Below, piece after piece: positions 37,237 through 50,900 of a stretch of DNA of 56,202 bases. Made by a program: the position numbers and the translations under genes. Origin of the DNA: Girardia tigrina. Lineage: Eukaryota. The stretch is from positions 1 through 56,202 of the forward strand of contig MQRK01219542.1 in the NCBI GenBank assembly GCA_001938485.1, written 5' to 3'. The first letter of the stretch is position 1. The number at the start of each line of letters is the position of its first letter. The notes beneath the pieces are model-generated. The model worked only from the letters and a program-made list of their open reading frames with translations. It did not search any database and was not told the origin of the DNA.

Positions 37237-40200
37237 TGTTACGGTCGAGAAACGGAGAGTATAACTACATATGTAAGGAAAGAAATATAAAGGGAAAAGC
37301 TGTTTCAATTATTAAAAATTAATAACTCAAGAAGAAAAATGCCAATACATTTATTATGAAAGAAAATTTTAATAATAAAAGTTCCGTAGATAATCTTGAA
37401 GGCGATCCGACAACGTCCGAAGGTCCGAGAAGAGTCCAAACACTGGAAAAGAAATAACTAATTGAAAATAAATCCCAAAAACTAATTAAGTCACCTACTG
37501 GACGACTTAATTTGACCTCCGTTGTAACTAGGAGGTCAACAGACCCTCCCCGTAGAGTCCTTGAGAAGGCCGACCCCTGGATGCCACCTGTGAGATCCTG
37601 GCGTGTTCACCTGAGAAGATATACAAATTAATTAGAAAAGACAAAGGCCAATTAAAAAAATAAAGACAAAGAGCAATTAAAAAACTTACCATGAGTCAGG
37701 CCCACAAAGCAAAAATATCATCACGCGATGAATAGTCATCGGTGACGTGGTCGCACACCAATTCAAAATTTGCGAGTTTGAGGCGACACACAAACCCAGA
37801 AACCTATAATGAAACGAAATAGTTTAAAATTTTGAAAATTTTCATCGAAACACACCTACCCGAATCGGCCAATCCGCTCACGAGAAAAGCCCAGACACTT
37901 GTCTGGCAGAAGTCAATTAGTCCAATTAAAAATTAATATTGGATGCCTCTCCAGCCCTACAAATACGGTAATCATTTCACCGTTAAGCGCACAAATTTAA
38001 CAACGATAAAAAACACAATTTTAACATAATAATTTTGTACAAACTATTTGCACTACTTTAAATACCTTTTGACGACAACGAGTTCCAGAAGCGTACGTGA
38101 CACGAAGAAAAACAAACAACTGAAGGAAAGAGCACCGAACGAGAAGAAGAAACAGAACGCGAACCGAGATTGAACAAGGACAGCGGAATCCACGAATATC
38201 CCGCTATAACCAACCGACGGTTTACGATAACGCTTCATCCGAGTGACGCGCCGACGAGAAAGAGGACCAAACGACCGAGACATTTGACCGGCTCCCGACT
38301 TGCGAATTTAATTGTAAATTTTAATTTATTATGTTTGCTTGTGGGTCACTAATTTTTAATAAACATATTGAATAATATTTTTGCAGTTTTACATTTCATT
38401 TTACTTTATTTTACTTTTGTTGTTTATCACAGTTATTTAGGAAGTTTATTAATGAATAGTAAATACTTATTTTCCGAGTAAATTAGTCCGTCGCCCGGCC
38501 GCCGTCGCCTTCGACTATGCCCCGAGATAATTTACGATCGAATGCGCAATGGAAGAATGTAGGGAATCATGCAGACCCAATAATTGTTAATGTGATTTCT
38601 ATATCGATGGAATCATTTGTTAGGGAAGGTTGCGTCGAGGCACTTCTCATTAGCGCGGAGCCGCGAGCCCACCCGCATCGGGCAACATAACGTATCGAGA
38701 CAAAATTCTCTTTTCATTATTATGTGTTACATTATAAATATAACTTTATGAGTATGAATTTTATTTTTATACCTTTTAGCAGACCAAGCTGATTTGTTCT
38801 ATGTTGGTTTGGAATCTGACCTAAGATTTAGATTTTAATTTAGGGTTTTGATTTTAGTAATTGGCATGTAATTCGATCGAAAACGAGATTAGAAATTTTT
38901 TTCAGAAGTAATGCGTGATAGGGAGCGGACAAAGTTAGACGCGCGATAAAAAATGAAAAAAAAATTATAGACTTACTGTAGGCTAGAGATTTATTTTACC
39001 TCGCAAAAGGCGTCTCAAAGTTCGGTTTCGAAAGTTAAATTCGAGCGACCTTCGATCAGAAATAATTTACATTATTAAAAGAAGAAAAAAAATTTTTGTC
39101 AGATTTATTGGTTTTGGAGATAAATAATTCCGTAGATAAGAGTTTTTTTAACTTAATGATAGGAATTTAATGAAATACGTAATAATAGTACGAATAATAC
39201 GAATTAATGAAATAAGCAATAATAATAAGAATGATAAGAATTTAATGAAGTTAACGTTTTATAAATAGAAAAGTAAGAACAAAACTTAGCGGAATTTTAT
39301 CGTTATAAAGATTTTATTTTTAACCTTCTATGAATTTTGTATGTTAGAGTGAGACTGTTATCAGTTCTAGCGTTAATTCGAGTAGCGAATTAATTTAGTT
39401 ATGAAATAGGTTATTCTGAAGAATCAATTTAATGGAAGTTTTATTTGATAATAGCCTAATTGTTTGGTTGGTTTATTCATTCTTTTAATTAAAGTTTTTA
39501 ATCTAGTTTAACGAGTCCAAATTAAGTGATAATTTATTCATTTCATGATGACTTTTAATGACAATTATAAGGCGCTAATAATTCTGATAATAACAATTTA
39601 TTTCATAATTAGGATTTTTACGTTGAATCTAATTATTATTCTTTCAAATAGGCATTATTTCGATTCCGCTATCGGTTATACAAAACTTGTAGAATGATAT
39701 TAGAATTAAAATATAGATTAAAATTCAGAATTGTTCCGTGAGTTAGATAATTTGAATTAGATGAGCATTCTGCTTTGGTAACTTAGGCATTTTTTACGAT
39801 AGTTTATGATTGATTTTAATTTAATATATATGAGCTTATATAATATATATAATATATATATATTTTATATATATAATATTTTAATTTAATATATTTAATA
39901 TGTCTGAGCTACATCCTGAATGAGTTACTTTATTAGTAAACTTTCACTGATAGAATAACGGGTTAAGCTAGCGCTGCTTTTCATTCTGTCGATACTATGA
40001 TGAAAACGAATATCATTAGAAAAGTTTGTCCAGGAATACTTCGACACTAATAATAAAAAAAGTGCTTAAATACACGAGCCATTTGAACGAAATTATGGGA
40101 AACCGTATTTAATAGGTAAGGGACTCTACTGACAGTAACGTTTTAAACTATTTTGAACGAATTATCATATTCTACTAAGGGCTAATAATTGATAGATCAA

Positions 40201-41297
40201 TATCGGACCTTTGAACCAATTTAGGTGGCGAATCCTTGGTCGCGAGATAAATCCATGTCATAATAATATTTTACGATACAATGACACTTTCAAGTCCTAA
40301 TATTGATATAGGAATACATAATATACGCTACATACCCCGAACGACGCTTTGCTAGGCAGGGGGCCCATAGCCCATCCGGTCTATATTATAACCCGATGGC
40401 CCTTCAGACTCGGCACTGCCAGGCAGATGTCGAGCGAGAAGAGGCGTCCGACCCATAAATACAGCTAGCAAGTTAGATAGGTATTAAAACGAGTTATAAA
40501 AATATCCTAAATCGAGATTGGGTTGTGGCTGACCCTTAATAGCCACTGGGGGCTCTGAGTCTTTGAACATGTTTATACTCAAATGGGTCGTGACATTTAG
40601 CACACTCTCTGTAAGTATATCGAGAATGTGGTGGATCATTTCCTTGATTGATTAATTAGGAACTCGTTAAATAAAAATAATTTTATTACGATTTTTACAT
40701 AATTTCAATTTTTAATTTTAAATAAATTTTTTTATAAATTTTAGAGTTAAGAATCTTTTAAAATAAAAGAACATGAATTACTACCGTTAAAGCATACTAC
40801 CCAATTTTTAATTTTATTCAATTAAGTAAAGTTTTTATTTTTTATATCTTTTCGATAAAATGTTATTCAGCAAAAATGTCTTTATTAAATGTCTTTAATA
40901 GAATGTCTTAATTTAGTGGAATAAATTTTTTTATATCTAGGGCATAATATCGTTCGGCTAATTGGGGTGATATGATTCCGAATCATTGTTCCCTATAAAA
41001 GGATGAATGAGCAGATCACGTGAAATCTAATCAATATATCAACAAACGGCTAATTTACCCTTTTTAATATATAACTAACAAATAAAATTAAAATATAGCA
41101 TTAGATAATAGTATTTAATATGATATGTAATACGATTACAATAAAACTAACAGGAGTAAAACGAAGGTATAATAATAACAAATTACAGAGCATGAAATCA
41201 GAATATGAGGGGGTATAACTAATACAATTAATTTACTTTAATCATATTCAGAAAAAATATCATAATAAATTGATACGGATATAAATATTTCGTAATA
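37237..41297 (-). mobile_element. Candidate giant (~4.06 kb) solo LTR or LTR-like insertion
   Basis: Termini TGTTACG...CGTAATA (one mismatch from an inverted repeat); CpG-rich islands unlike the flanks; minus-strand AATAAA at 37350-37355 near the left end; 12-bp direct repeat TATTGTCACAAT at 37218-37229 and 41296-41307; no long ORF. Confidence 0.55.
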
Positions 41298-42019
41298 TTG
41301 TCACAATGGAAGCTGGTTGTATGTATTTTTTTACACAAATTCTAGAAAATATCGACTGTTGATAATGATGTCTTGGTAATAATTAAAAATTGTTGGTCAA
41401 CAATGAATCGATAATAAAAAAACTTTTTATATTCAAAAATAAAGCATTGTCAAAAAATGCATTCATAAATAAACTAAATAATTTATTTAATGATTTTTAA
41501 TTTAAAATTCAAATATCATATTACTAAGGGCCATTTGAATTATTAAATTCATTATTAATTAATAACTTAATGTTCATAATAATAAATAATTTATCGTAAG
41601 TAAAAAAACCAAATATAATAATTTGATACGAATAAAAAAATATACATACTTAATATAAAAAAATAGTTGTTGAAATATTACATTCCCATTTGAAGAATGC
41701 TGGTACCAAGCACTTGACGTGGTCGCCATTGAACGATTTTGCATATTAAAAGACGAATTATTGAAAATAATATTTATTAACCAAAAATTAAAATCTGCGC
41801 ATCAAATAATTAATTAATTGATTGATTTAAACAATATCAGGAGTTTATTATATTCAGAATCCTTTAAATAACTTGATATATATAAAATATTTAGTTTAAT
41901 TTATAAATACTCATATATTATTTATACTCATAAAATATATATTCTTGATTCAACTTTGTAGGATTAATTAAAAAATAATTTGGCATTACAATAATTTATG
42001 TTGCACTTTAAACAATATA

Positions 42020-43925
42020 TGGACGATAAACGGTTTACAGCACGAAAAAATCATAAGAATTTGATATAAATGAAAATATCATCAAAACCAATAACTCCTC
42101 AATTTCAGCTGGATAACATGGCAGAGTTCGATTTCAAGCTGGAATACCAAAAGGTGAGAATCGTAGGAATGGAGTATTATGATTATGTGAGGAATGTTCG
42201 CAGTACCGAATTAAGCATGAAGATCTAAAAAGTGAAAGCCAAAGTGAAACATATTAATTCGGTTACGATTCAATCAACGTTGACTTGGATCAAAGAGGAA
42301 CAGGACAAATGCGAAGATTTTGGGAAATGGAAAAGAACACTAGAAAAGAGTCGCGAGGATCAATACCCAGGGTCTAGGGATTTAGGACAAGGAGGAGGGT
42401 TTGGTTGTAAAAAAGGATTAGTTGGGATTTTAGAGGGTTATTATATTTTACCATTAGTTCCAAAAAGTATAAGAAAAGAATTTTGGAAAAGAATTTGTGT
42501 CATTTGGGTATAAAAAAACGAAACGCTATATAATGCATCATATTTATGTTCCAGAATTGGCAAAGGAAGTGAAAAATTAATTGGTAAATGTGACGAAATC
42601 CGTCGTAGGAAGGCATTAACAGAGAAAACCAATTAAATGTGATGATTTTTTAAAACAATTGTTGATATACAGTCTGGTACAAAAGTTTGTGAACGCTGAC
42701 GATTTGTAAGTGCTGGGACAGCCTATTAAGAAGTTGCACTGCAGTAACATGAGGGGTTCTTTTAGCCTCCTGTAAATTTTTTCTGTCGTCCCTTTGACTG
42801 GTTGACATTGGACAACCAGATCGAGATCTTGAACATGAGGAACAAGTTGTAGCTATTTGTCCATAAGAAACTCCGTGCTTCTGCAATGCCAAAACTGCTG
42901 CACGCTGTTCTGTTGTTAGCTCCTTGCCGCGGACAGGCATGATTCTAAAATAATGACAATTTATAACTTGAAAAGTAATAAAAATAAAATATGCATTTAA
43001 TCATTTAAATGGTTTATGTATAATTAACAAGGAATACACGAACATGCAGTGCAATAACAAAAAGCAGTATAGAAACAAGCGTTCACAAACTTTTGCACCT
43101 GACTGTATATTGCTTTCATTGGAAATAGAAATTCAAACTATCCGTATCTGTTAGTGATAGTTGATCAATTCTCCAAGCTAGTGAATTTAACGAAAATCAA
43201 AACAAAATCCGAAAATATGGAATTCGATGTATTCTAGTTTAATGGATTTATATATTTGGTAAACCAAAACGAATTTTAACAGATAATGTTACGTGTTTTA
43301 CGGGTACGAAGTTCAAGGAATTCTGTCAAAAACATGGGATTGAACATCGATGTAGTAGTCTATTTCAGCATCAATCCAATGGACTCACAGAACGATGTAT
43401 TCGGGCAGTGAGAGATATGGTAGTGACAACCAATTGGGAAGGTTAAACTGATGGTGGGAAATAATTGATTGAGTTATAATTAATTAAATAATAATTAATT
43501 TAATTTAATAATTAATTTAATTGAGTTTTCGCTGAATGCGACGGTGCAAAGTACAACCGGATTTTCTAAGTTTGAAATTATTTTTAAACGTAAAATAAAT
43601 TTGCACGTGGCAGGAGGAGTGACACTTATGGAAAATGAGGATATTAAAGAGATGATGAAAGAAAATGCGGAAAGTGCAGCAAACCATATGGAACATTGGA
43701 AGAGAGAAAAGAGAACAAAGAGAAATTTCGAAGATGCTCAGCAGTTTACGGTAAAAATAGAGCCTCAAAAACAAAAAAAAGATACCTTCCGATTTGAAGG
43801 CCCATTTAAAATTTTAAAATATATCACCTAATCAGCTGTAGTTACAGAATCTATCAGATGGTAGAAGAATACGAAGACGTATGGCTCAAGAAGATATCAA
43901 CCTCGAATGTCAGAGGGAGAAGTTA
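42020..43925 (+). mobile_element. Decayed Ty3/Gypsy pol (RNase H end and integrase) with polypurine tract
   Basis: VIVDQFSKLV, WIYIFGKPKRILTDN, QHQSNGLTERCIR, RFEGPFKI; purine tract AGAGGGAGAAG at 43912-43922; interrupted by a Tc1 element. Confidence 0.85.
42670..43105 (-). mobile_element. Internally deleted Tc1 element inserted in the Gypsy integrase
   Basis: TIRs CAGTCTGGTACAAAAGTTTGTGAACGCT / AGCGTTCACAAACTTTTGCACCTGACTG, TA TSDs; paired-like N-terminus MPVRGKELTTEQRAAVLAL...SYGQIA. Confidence 0.92.
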
Positions 43926-44379
43926 TGGAAATATTAATTAAGCATTATTTATTAAAAAGGTTTGTTTAAATTAACTCTTGTTGTGATATTAATAAAATTT
44001 GAATTTTTGAATTATTCTAATGGATTCGATTATCTTAATTAAGCCATACAGTATTTCCGAAAAAATCTAAAAAAAGTAATATATATATATATAAAACGTA
44101 TTAAGATCGGCTGGTATATGCATAAAGTATACGCAATGTACAACCAAAACAGCAACCCATTACGTTCTGAGATTCGTTTATTTCCCATTCTACTTCATGT
44201 ACATCATCGAGCACGAATCCATCATAAGGGAACCTAGTGGTACCTAATTTAAGTAATTCTTCTTTTCAGTTACATACAGAGGTTGATCGAAGTGGGAAAA
44301 CTAAAGTTCTTCTTCCCAATGCCCGATTTATTCACAAACACAATTTCTGGTGACCAAAAAAAATTCAACTGAAAGCGCC

Positions 44380-44720
44380 ATTTATATTCTTAAAAGAAAA
44401 GATCTGTCTGTAACTGAAAAATTGTAACTTCTGGAACAGTATGATTATTGAGGTTCAGTCAGGCAAAAAGAAGCAGCAGCCAAGTTAGGAATCTCTCAGC
44501 TTTTTTTGCAAGCTATTGAAGTCTCGGGGTGAATTAAAAGAAATGAATTATGATCACCAAAATGTCAAAAACGGAAGAGAGAAGGTAAAGCATCTGATGT
44601 TGAAGAAGCACTGTTAATTGGGTTTACACGAGCAACAGATAAAAATGCACCAATTACTCGTGGTATTCTATGTGACAAAGCCCTTTCTTTGGCCGAGTCC
44701 GTTGGTGTTACTGATTTCAA
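44380..44720 (+). pseudogene. Tigger/CENP-B HTH transposase fragment
   Basis: RQKEAAAKLGISQ...KRKREGKASDVEEALL...APITRGILCDKALSLA. Confidence 0.75.
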
Positions 44721-45433
44721 CCAGATACCTGATCTGATTCAGATATATCTATAAAAGTAAATCTTTTGGATGACTTGATTGAAAAAAGAAGTATATGTGA
44801 CTCTGATCCCCGATGGTCTGATCTATCCGACATTTTCGATGAATCAACAAAAAATCAATAATTCTTATTATCATTTATTTGTATTTATATTACCACATGC
44901 AAATCTATTTACTAAAAATTATACTATAATAGTATAATAGATTATTTGTATTATACTATTATACTATTTGTATTATACAAAAACCCCACCCACATGCACT
45001 AACCATATTATTTCTTTTAATAACACATACCCCAAAGAGAAGAATAATTTGAGAAAAGAATAATTTCTTTTTTATTATTCATGGATATCTAAATTTTCTA
45101 AGTAATTTAATTCAAATTTAAACTATTTACTTTTTGTTTAATATTTTGCTAAATATAATATTAAAACATTTTTTTGGAAAAAAGTTGCATTTAATGAATA
45201 AGGTGTACTATTTTTGTTGCAATTAGTGTTAGTTGCAATTTGTGAAAAGTTGCATTTTTAAACTTTTTTTTAAATGCATTTTAACTTATTTAACGGTGTT
45301 TAAATGCATTAAATTTCTTTTTTAAATAATTTTTTATTTAAAATCAATAAAATGACGCATATCCTTTAATTTATAACTATATATGATCTTTATTTAATTT
45401 TTATAATTTATATATTTTAGTTACTGTATCATA

Positions 45434-47093
45434 ATGAAGAAGAAAGTTATCCGAAAGTATTGTGCAAAATTTTAATTATAAGTTGTGGCTTTTGCTGAAG
45501 AAACAAGTAATTTGCAAGCCGAAAATATTTTTGTATTGGTGAGAGTAATATCCGAAATTGGAGAAAGCAAAAAGAAAAATTAGAGAAGATGCCTTCATAC
45601 AAATGTGCTAATATAGGTTCAAATTGTAAGTGGCCACATATAGAAAATAAAGTGGCAAGCTGGATATGTGAATCACGCGAAAGTGACTATATCATAACAA
45701 GAAATGCAATAAGACTTTTTACCATTAAGTTAGCTCGCAAGGAAGGAATTTCAGGATTCATCGCTTCGCCAAGTTGGTGTACACGTTTTATGAATAGGCG
45801 CAACTTAGTCCTTGGACGAAAACAAAGATAGCACTTAAATGAGAAAGTGCTTGCATTTCATAAGTACGTAATTGATTGCTTAAAAGAAAATATATATGAT
45901 TTAGCAAACATCGGCAACATGGATGACTTTCCAGTTTTGTTCGATATACCTTCCAATGTTACTGTCAACAAATGTGGTGAAAACACAGTATTTGTTGGGA
46001 CAACAAGGCATGAAAAGACACACTTTACTGTGGTTTTAAGTTGCTGAGCAAATGGCAAAAAATTAAATCCAATTGTGATTTTCAAGCGAAAGTTAATGCC
46101 AAAGGAAGACTTTCCTAAAGGAATTATTGTTCATGTGAATCCAAAGGGGTGAATGGACGAAGAAGGGTGCAAGATTTGGCTTCGCAAAGTTTGGCAGCAA
46201 AGACCGGAAGGTTTATAAAATACGAAGAGCTTGTTAGTTTGTTATGTTCCGTTCCCATCAAGTAAAAAGTGTTAAAAATGTGTATACAGTTATTCCAGGT
46301 GGCCTAACGAGTATTCTACAAACAAAGACATTCAAAGACAAAATGCGTGATAAATGGAGCACATGGATGCTAGACGGTGAAAAAACGTTTACTAAACGAG
46401 GACGTATGAAAGCTCCAACACTATCAACACTTTTTACGTAGGTAAAAGAATCTTGGGATGCAATTGATGAAAAACGTGTAATTAAAGTGTAGTGCCCACA
46501 AATTTATAAAATTTAAATTTAATTTAAATTATTTTTTTTAAATGTTTCCTTGTAGAATTTGACATCCGATATTCACATGTTATAATCCAATATAACTTTT
46601 TCATTTTTACGATCGATAATTTTGTTGTTTCCTCGCAACTTGTGATCGAAATAATTGGACGAACATTTTTACAAATAATTAAAATAAAACAATTGGAAAT
46701 AAAAATTCAATTAAATTTTGTTTTAATAATATATATTTTCGATTGAGCGTTTAAAATTTGGATTTTTACTTTTGTTTTTTTTCAATTGTTATGCGATCCG
46801 AGATTTGCCAATCGGGCAAAGGGGGATTTTTATTATCGATCGGACATTTATATCAGAGTTCTGAGAGTTCCGAGAGTGATAGAAGCAGAGTAGAAGATAA
46901 TGTTTATGATGAAGTAATTAATTCTGGAGAATACAGGGACTTATTTTCAAGTTTAGGAATTGATGCTGAAGATTGTGTTGATTAGATTTTCAATTTAATA
47001 AATGGTTTTACAACAATGAAGTTTATTTCGTGTATAATGCGATCTCATTTTTTTGGTCTAAAAAAGTGTCGCACGATACGCGAGTATATACGG
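45434..47093 (+). mobile_element. Decayed pogo-family transposon with an AT-rich insertion at ~46488-46850
   Basis: GNMDDFPVLFD, HEKTHFTVVL, VIPGGLTSILQ; 3' TIR ...CGCGAGTATATACGG + TA. Confidence 0.85.
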
Positions 47094-47769
47094 TAACACA
47101 AATCGAAACAGTTTTACCATTTTCAATGAAGAATTATCAAAATTAACTCCACAACAACTGCTCGTTTGAAACTCACAACTTAACAAATAACCAATGAAGA
47201 TATTGAAAGTATTTAATACCCCGAAATCTCAGTGTTGAGCAAATATTCTTCTCGTGAAGCCAAAAAAACATAACTACAGCTTTTGTGATACAACTATTAG
47301 TAGAGCGAGGAATCTATGTAGCAACTTCATCAATTCAATGATTGAAACACTTAGAAAAATTATTTCTTACTTTTTTTTGTGTTTTTTATCTCAATAACTG
47401 TGATTACGCTGACATGTCTTGTTTCATGTTGTCACGCGTCAACCCCCTAAACAGGTGTAGATTAGTGTATTTAAAATATTTTATCAAATAGATATTGCAA
47501 GGTTCATATCCGCCATATCAGTTTTTTGACATTTGCCAAAAAAATTGACAATTATAATATTGAACAAAATCGGCCTAGTAGTTTATCATCATTATTTTTG
47601 AAAGCGATTTAAAGAAATTACTAACATGATGATGGTATTTCAATGCGCATCACAAAAATGATTTATTGATATTGCAGATAGAAAGTGTAACATTGAAATT
47701 TATAATTGGTTTTAAAATTTGGATTTATAGCGGACTTTCTTAGAATAATAGGTACGAGTTCGCATGGAA

Positions 47770-47913
47770 ATCACTCTGATATTGGGATTTTTCTACCATC
47801 GAATGTAACATCTACAATTCAACCATTGGATCAAGGCATAATAAGATCTTTCAAGACAATGTTTATGAATAAGAAATTGTGTGATGTTATAGAAAAGGTG
47901 AAGTTGAGAAATA
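47770..47913 (+). pseudogene. Tigger/pogo DDE_1 fragment cut by the Gypsy insertion
   Basis: FLPSNVTSTIQPLDQGIIRSFK; the sequence appears to resume after 53043 (NIFNAYKKMK). Confidence 0.8.
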
Positions 47914-50900
47914 TGTGGGATCAGAGCCGTAGTGAGGGTGGTGCGAGCGGTGCGGCCGCACCGCGAGCATGGGAGCCAAAATCGCAAAATGACCAATTTT
48001 AATTTTGTTTGTTTTTATTATATATTAAAGTTGAAAAGTTATAAAATCAAAATTTTGTTAGTTTTTGGTTATTATTTTATATGCAATATGGCAACAACAA
48101 TTTAATTGACTTTGCATTATTTATTAATTATCTATAATCTATTTGGCACCACAAGTATTTAACGAAATTACTCGAATCATTCGTTCGAATCAATCACTCA
48201 GCACTGGGTTGCGTTAAAGAGCATAGCTACTGATTCAGCAGCTAAGCGATTTAATGCATCATTGCACGTGCTTTGTTTCGTCATAAATTTACATCATAAA
48301 GCGTAATATTTAGTTAATGAAAGCCCTGTAAAAAATCAGATAAACTTAGAATTAGTGAATACATTATGTAATTAAAAAATTGAATTTAAAATAAAAAAAT
48401 AGTCAAAAACTATAATTTGATAAACAACGCATTAGAAATGAACCGTCTAAGAAACCTTCTGGTGCAGCATAAACGGTTGAAAAATCAAAGAGATAATGAT
48501 GCACGTAAAATGCAAAATCAATGGAAAACTTGGCTGAGACTAAACTATAATAAGCCAAGTACGGATTCTGCGGAAGACACCAATAACGGCCCAGAAGAAA
48601 ATGCAAGTGAATGTGAAAATTTTGGAATAAAGCAGATAGAAGAGCACTTTGAATCAAGTTCTTCATGGCATGGATCAATAAGTTCTGAAGTCCAAGTACT
48701 AACTGAGGAAGTTTTGGAAACTGAAAATGAGAATGAACAAGAAAATGTCGAGAAAGTTCATGCAGTTGAAATCATACAAAACAATAATTATTCTATGGTT
48801 GACGAAGTATTGGAAAGCCAGCAGCTTAACTTTCACGATCCTAAAATGTGGCCATTGATCAATGACGAAGTAAGATGTTGTTTGGTTGAACACGGACCGG
48901 ATCAAAATAAAAATGATTATTTTCCAACTGATTCTGGAAACAGACGTTTCAATAAAACATGGTTTGATAAAATTCTTCCAAACGGTGAGAAGGTGAATGG
49001 ATGATGTACAGTTCTTCAAATGCTACACTTTTCTGCTTCCCGTGCATTCAACAGTAAAACAAAGCAGTTTTGCTGATCTATCTAAAGGCTTTTGTGATTG
49101 GGTGCATCTAAGTCCGAGAGTGCCAGATCACGAAAAACGTCTGAGAGAAGGTAAGACAATTGATTATGATATTCAGAAAGCAATACAGTATGAGAGGGAA
49201 AAATGGCGAAATATTTTAAAAGTCATTGTTGATGTAATTATGTTCTGTGAGAAGAATAATTTGTCTCTTCGAGGTAATACTGATGTAATTGGTGAGACTG
49301 GATGTGGAATATTCTTAAGCACAATGATCAATTTGAAAAATGCTACGCCAATGGATATTTTAAAATTTATTCATTCCTATTCCTTAGTTGAAATTTATCC
49401 AAACACAGAAATTACTGTACGAATTTTTCTTACAATTCCAGTTACTGTTATGCCATGTGAGCGAAGTTTTAGTAAACTTAAACTTGTAAAAAATTATCTG
49501 AGATCATCTATGGCCCAAGAGCGCTTGTCTAATTTGTCAATTTTGTCAATCGAATTCGATGTGGCTAAATGTGTTAACTATGATGACATAATTGATGACT
49601 TCGCTTCTTTGAAAGCAAGAAAAAATCACTTCTGCTAAACTTTGTAATTATTAGACATTGAATTAGGTGTGTAATAAAAGTAGTTCTTTTAAAAATGTAT
49701 AGTTAATGTATTACTAAATGTATTAAATGTATTATAAAATGTAAAATTATTATAAAATGTATTTAAATGTATTACTAAAATACAAAGTATTTTAGTAATT
49801 AGTAAATACTGTAGACCAATATTTTAAGTAAAAATAATTAAATCAAATAAGACTGATCAGATCTCTGTAGGCTTTATAACAATTTATAATAATAATTATA
49901 GTAGTCTTTTTTGTTTAATGGCAAAGCATCCATGAATTTATCCGAATAAATTGATGTTTTCTTATAGCTACGCGATGCAAGGCTTAAGCATCAATGCTGC
50001 GTCATAGAGCATGGGAATACGAACGTCCAAAGTCAATTTAATTCTTTTAAGGCATAATTTTTGTAGTGAATCTTTTTCACGCTGGGGGCGCCAGATTTGA
50101 ACTTCGCACAGGGCGCAATTTTTCCTTACTACGGCTCTGTGTGGGATAAATAAAATGTTATTTGTTTTATTCGTCAAAAGTCGGTATCAGAGTTGTTTTT
50201 GAAAATAAAATTTGCAGGACTTATTTTTATTTTTCTAGAATCTCACAAGCTTTCGTGGCAATGAGAACTTTGAAGATAGTACCGCAATACGACGGGCGAG
50301 AAAACATCTCGGTATGGCTTGAGAGGTTTCGTGAATGCGCGGAAACACTCCGCGAATATAAACTGACGATGTTGCAGTTGGCGCTGTCGAGTGAGACAGA
50401 AATCGTTTTCGATGATTTAAAGAAACGACACGTCAGGATTTCGAGAAGAGCGCAACGGCGCTCACAGAAGCTTTCGCCCCAAGTTCGAGGCTGTCGTGGG
50501 CGAGTTTTGCTTCCAAATGACTGGCTCCCAGAGAGAGAGTTGATTTCTTTATGTTAGATCTGAAACGTTTAGAGGTCGTAATTTGCGGCGGTGCAGGAGG
50601 CGGTGAGGCTTTTATGACCCATGCATTCATAAATGGACTACCTGAAGCGGCGCTCGGAAGGGCGAAAGGTTTAGGCTGATTGGTTCGGTTGGCGCGCGTG
50701 AACGGCAAGGCAACAGGATGTCTCTCTGAGGAAGTAGTGGCGGNNNNNNNNNNNNNNNNNNNNNNNNNNNNNNNNNNNNNNNNNNNNNNNNNNGGTAAAC
50801 ATGCTAGAATATCTTCGTCCACCGACGAATTAACATGCTTCCGCTGCGATGGGAACGGGCACATGACGCACGAATGCGCATCAGGAAAGCGACGCCTTCA

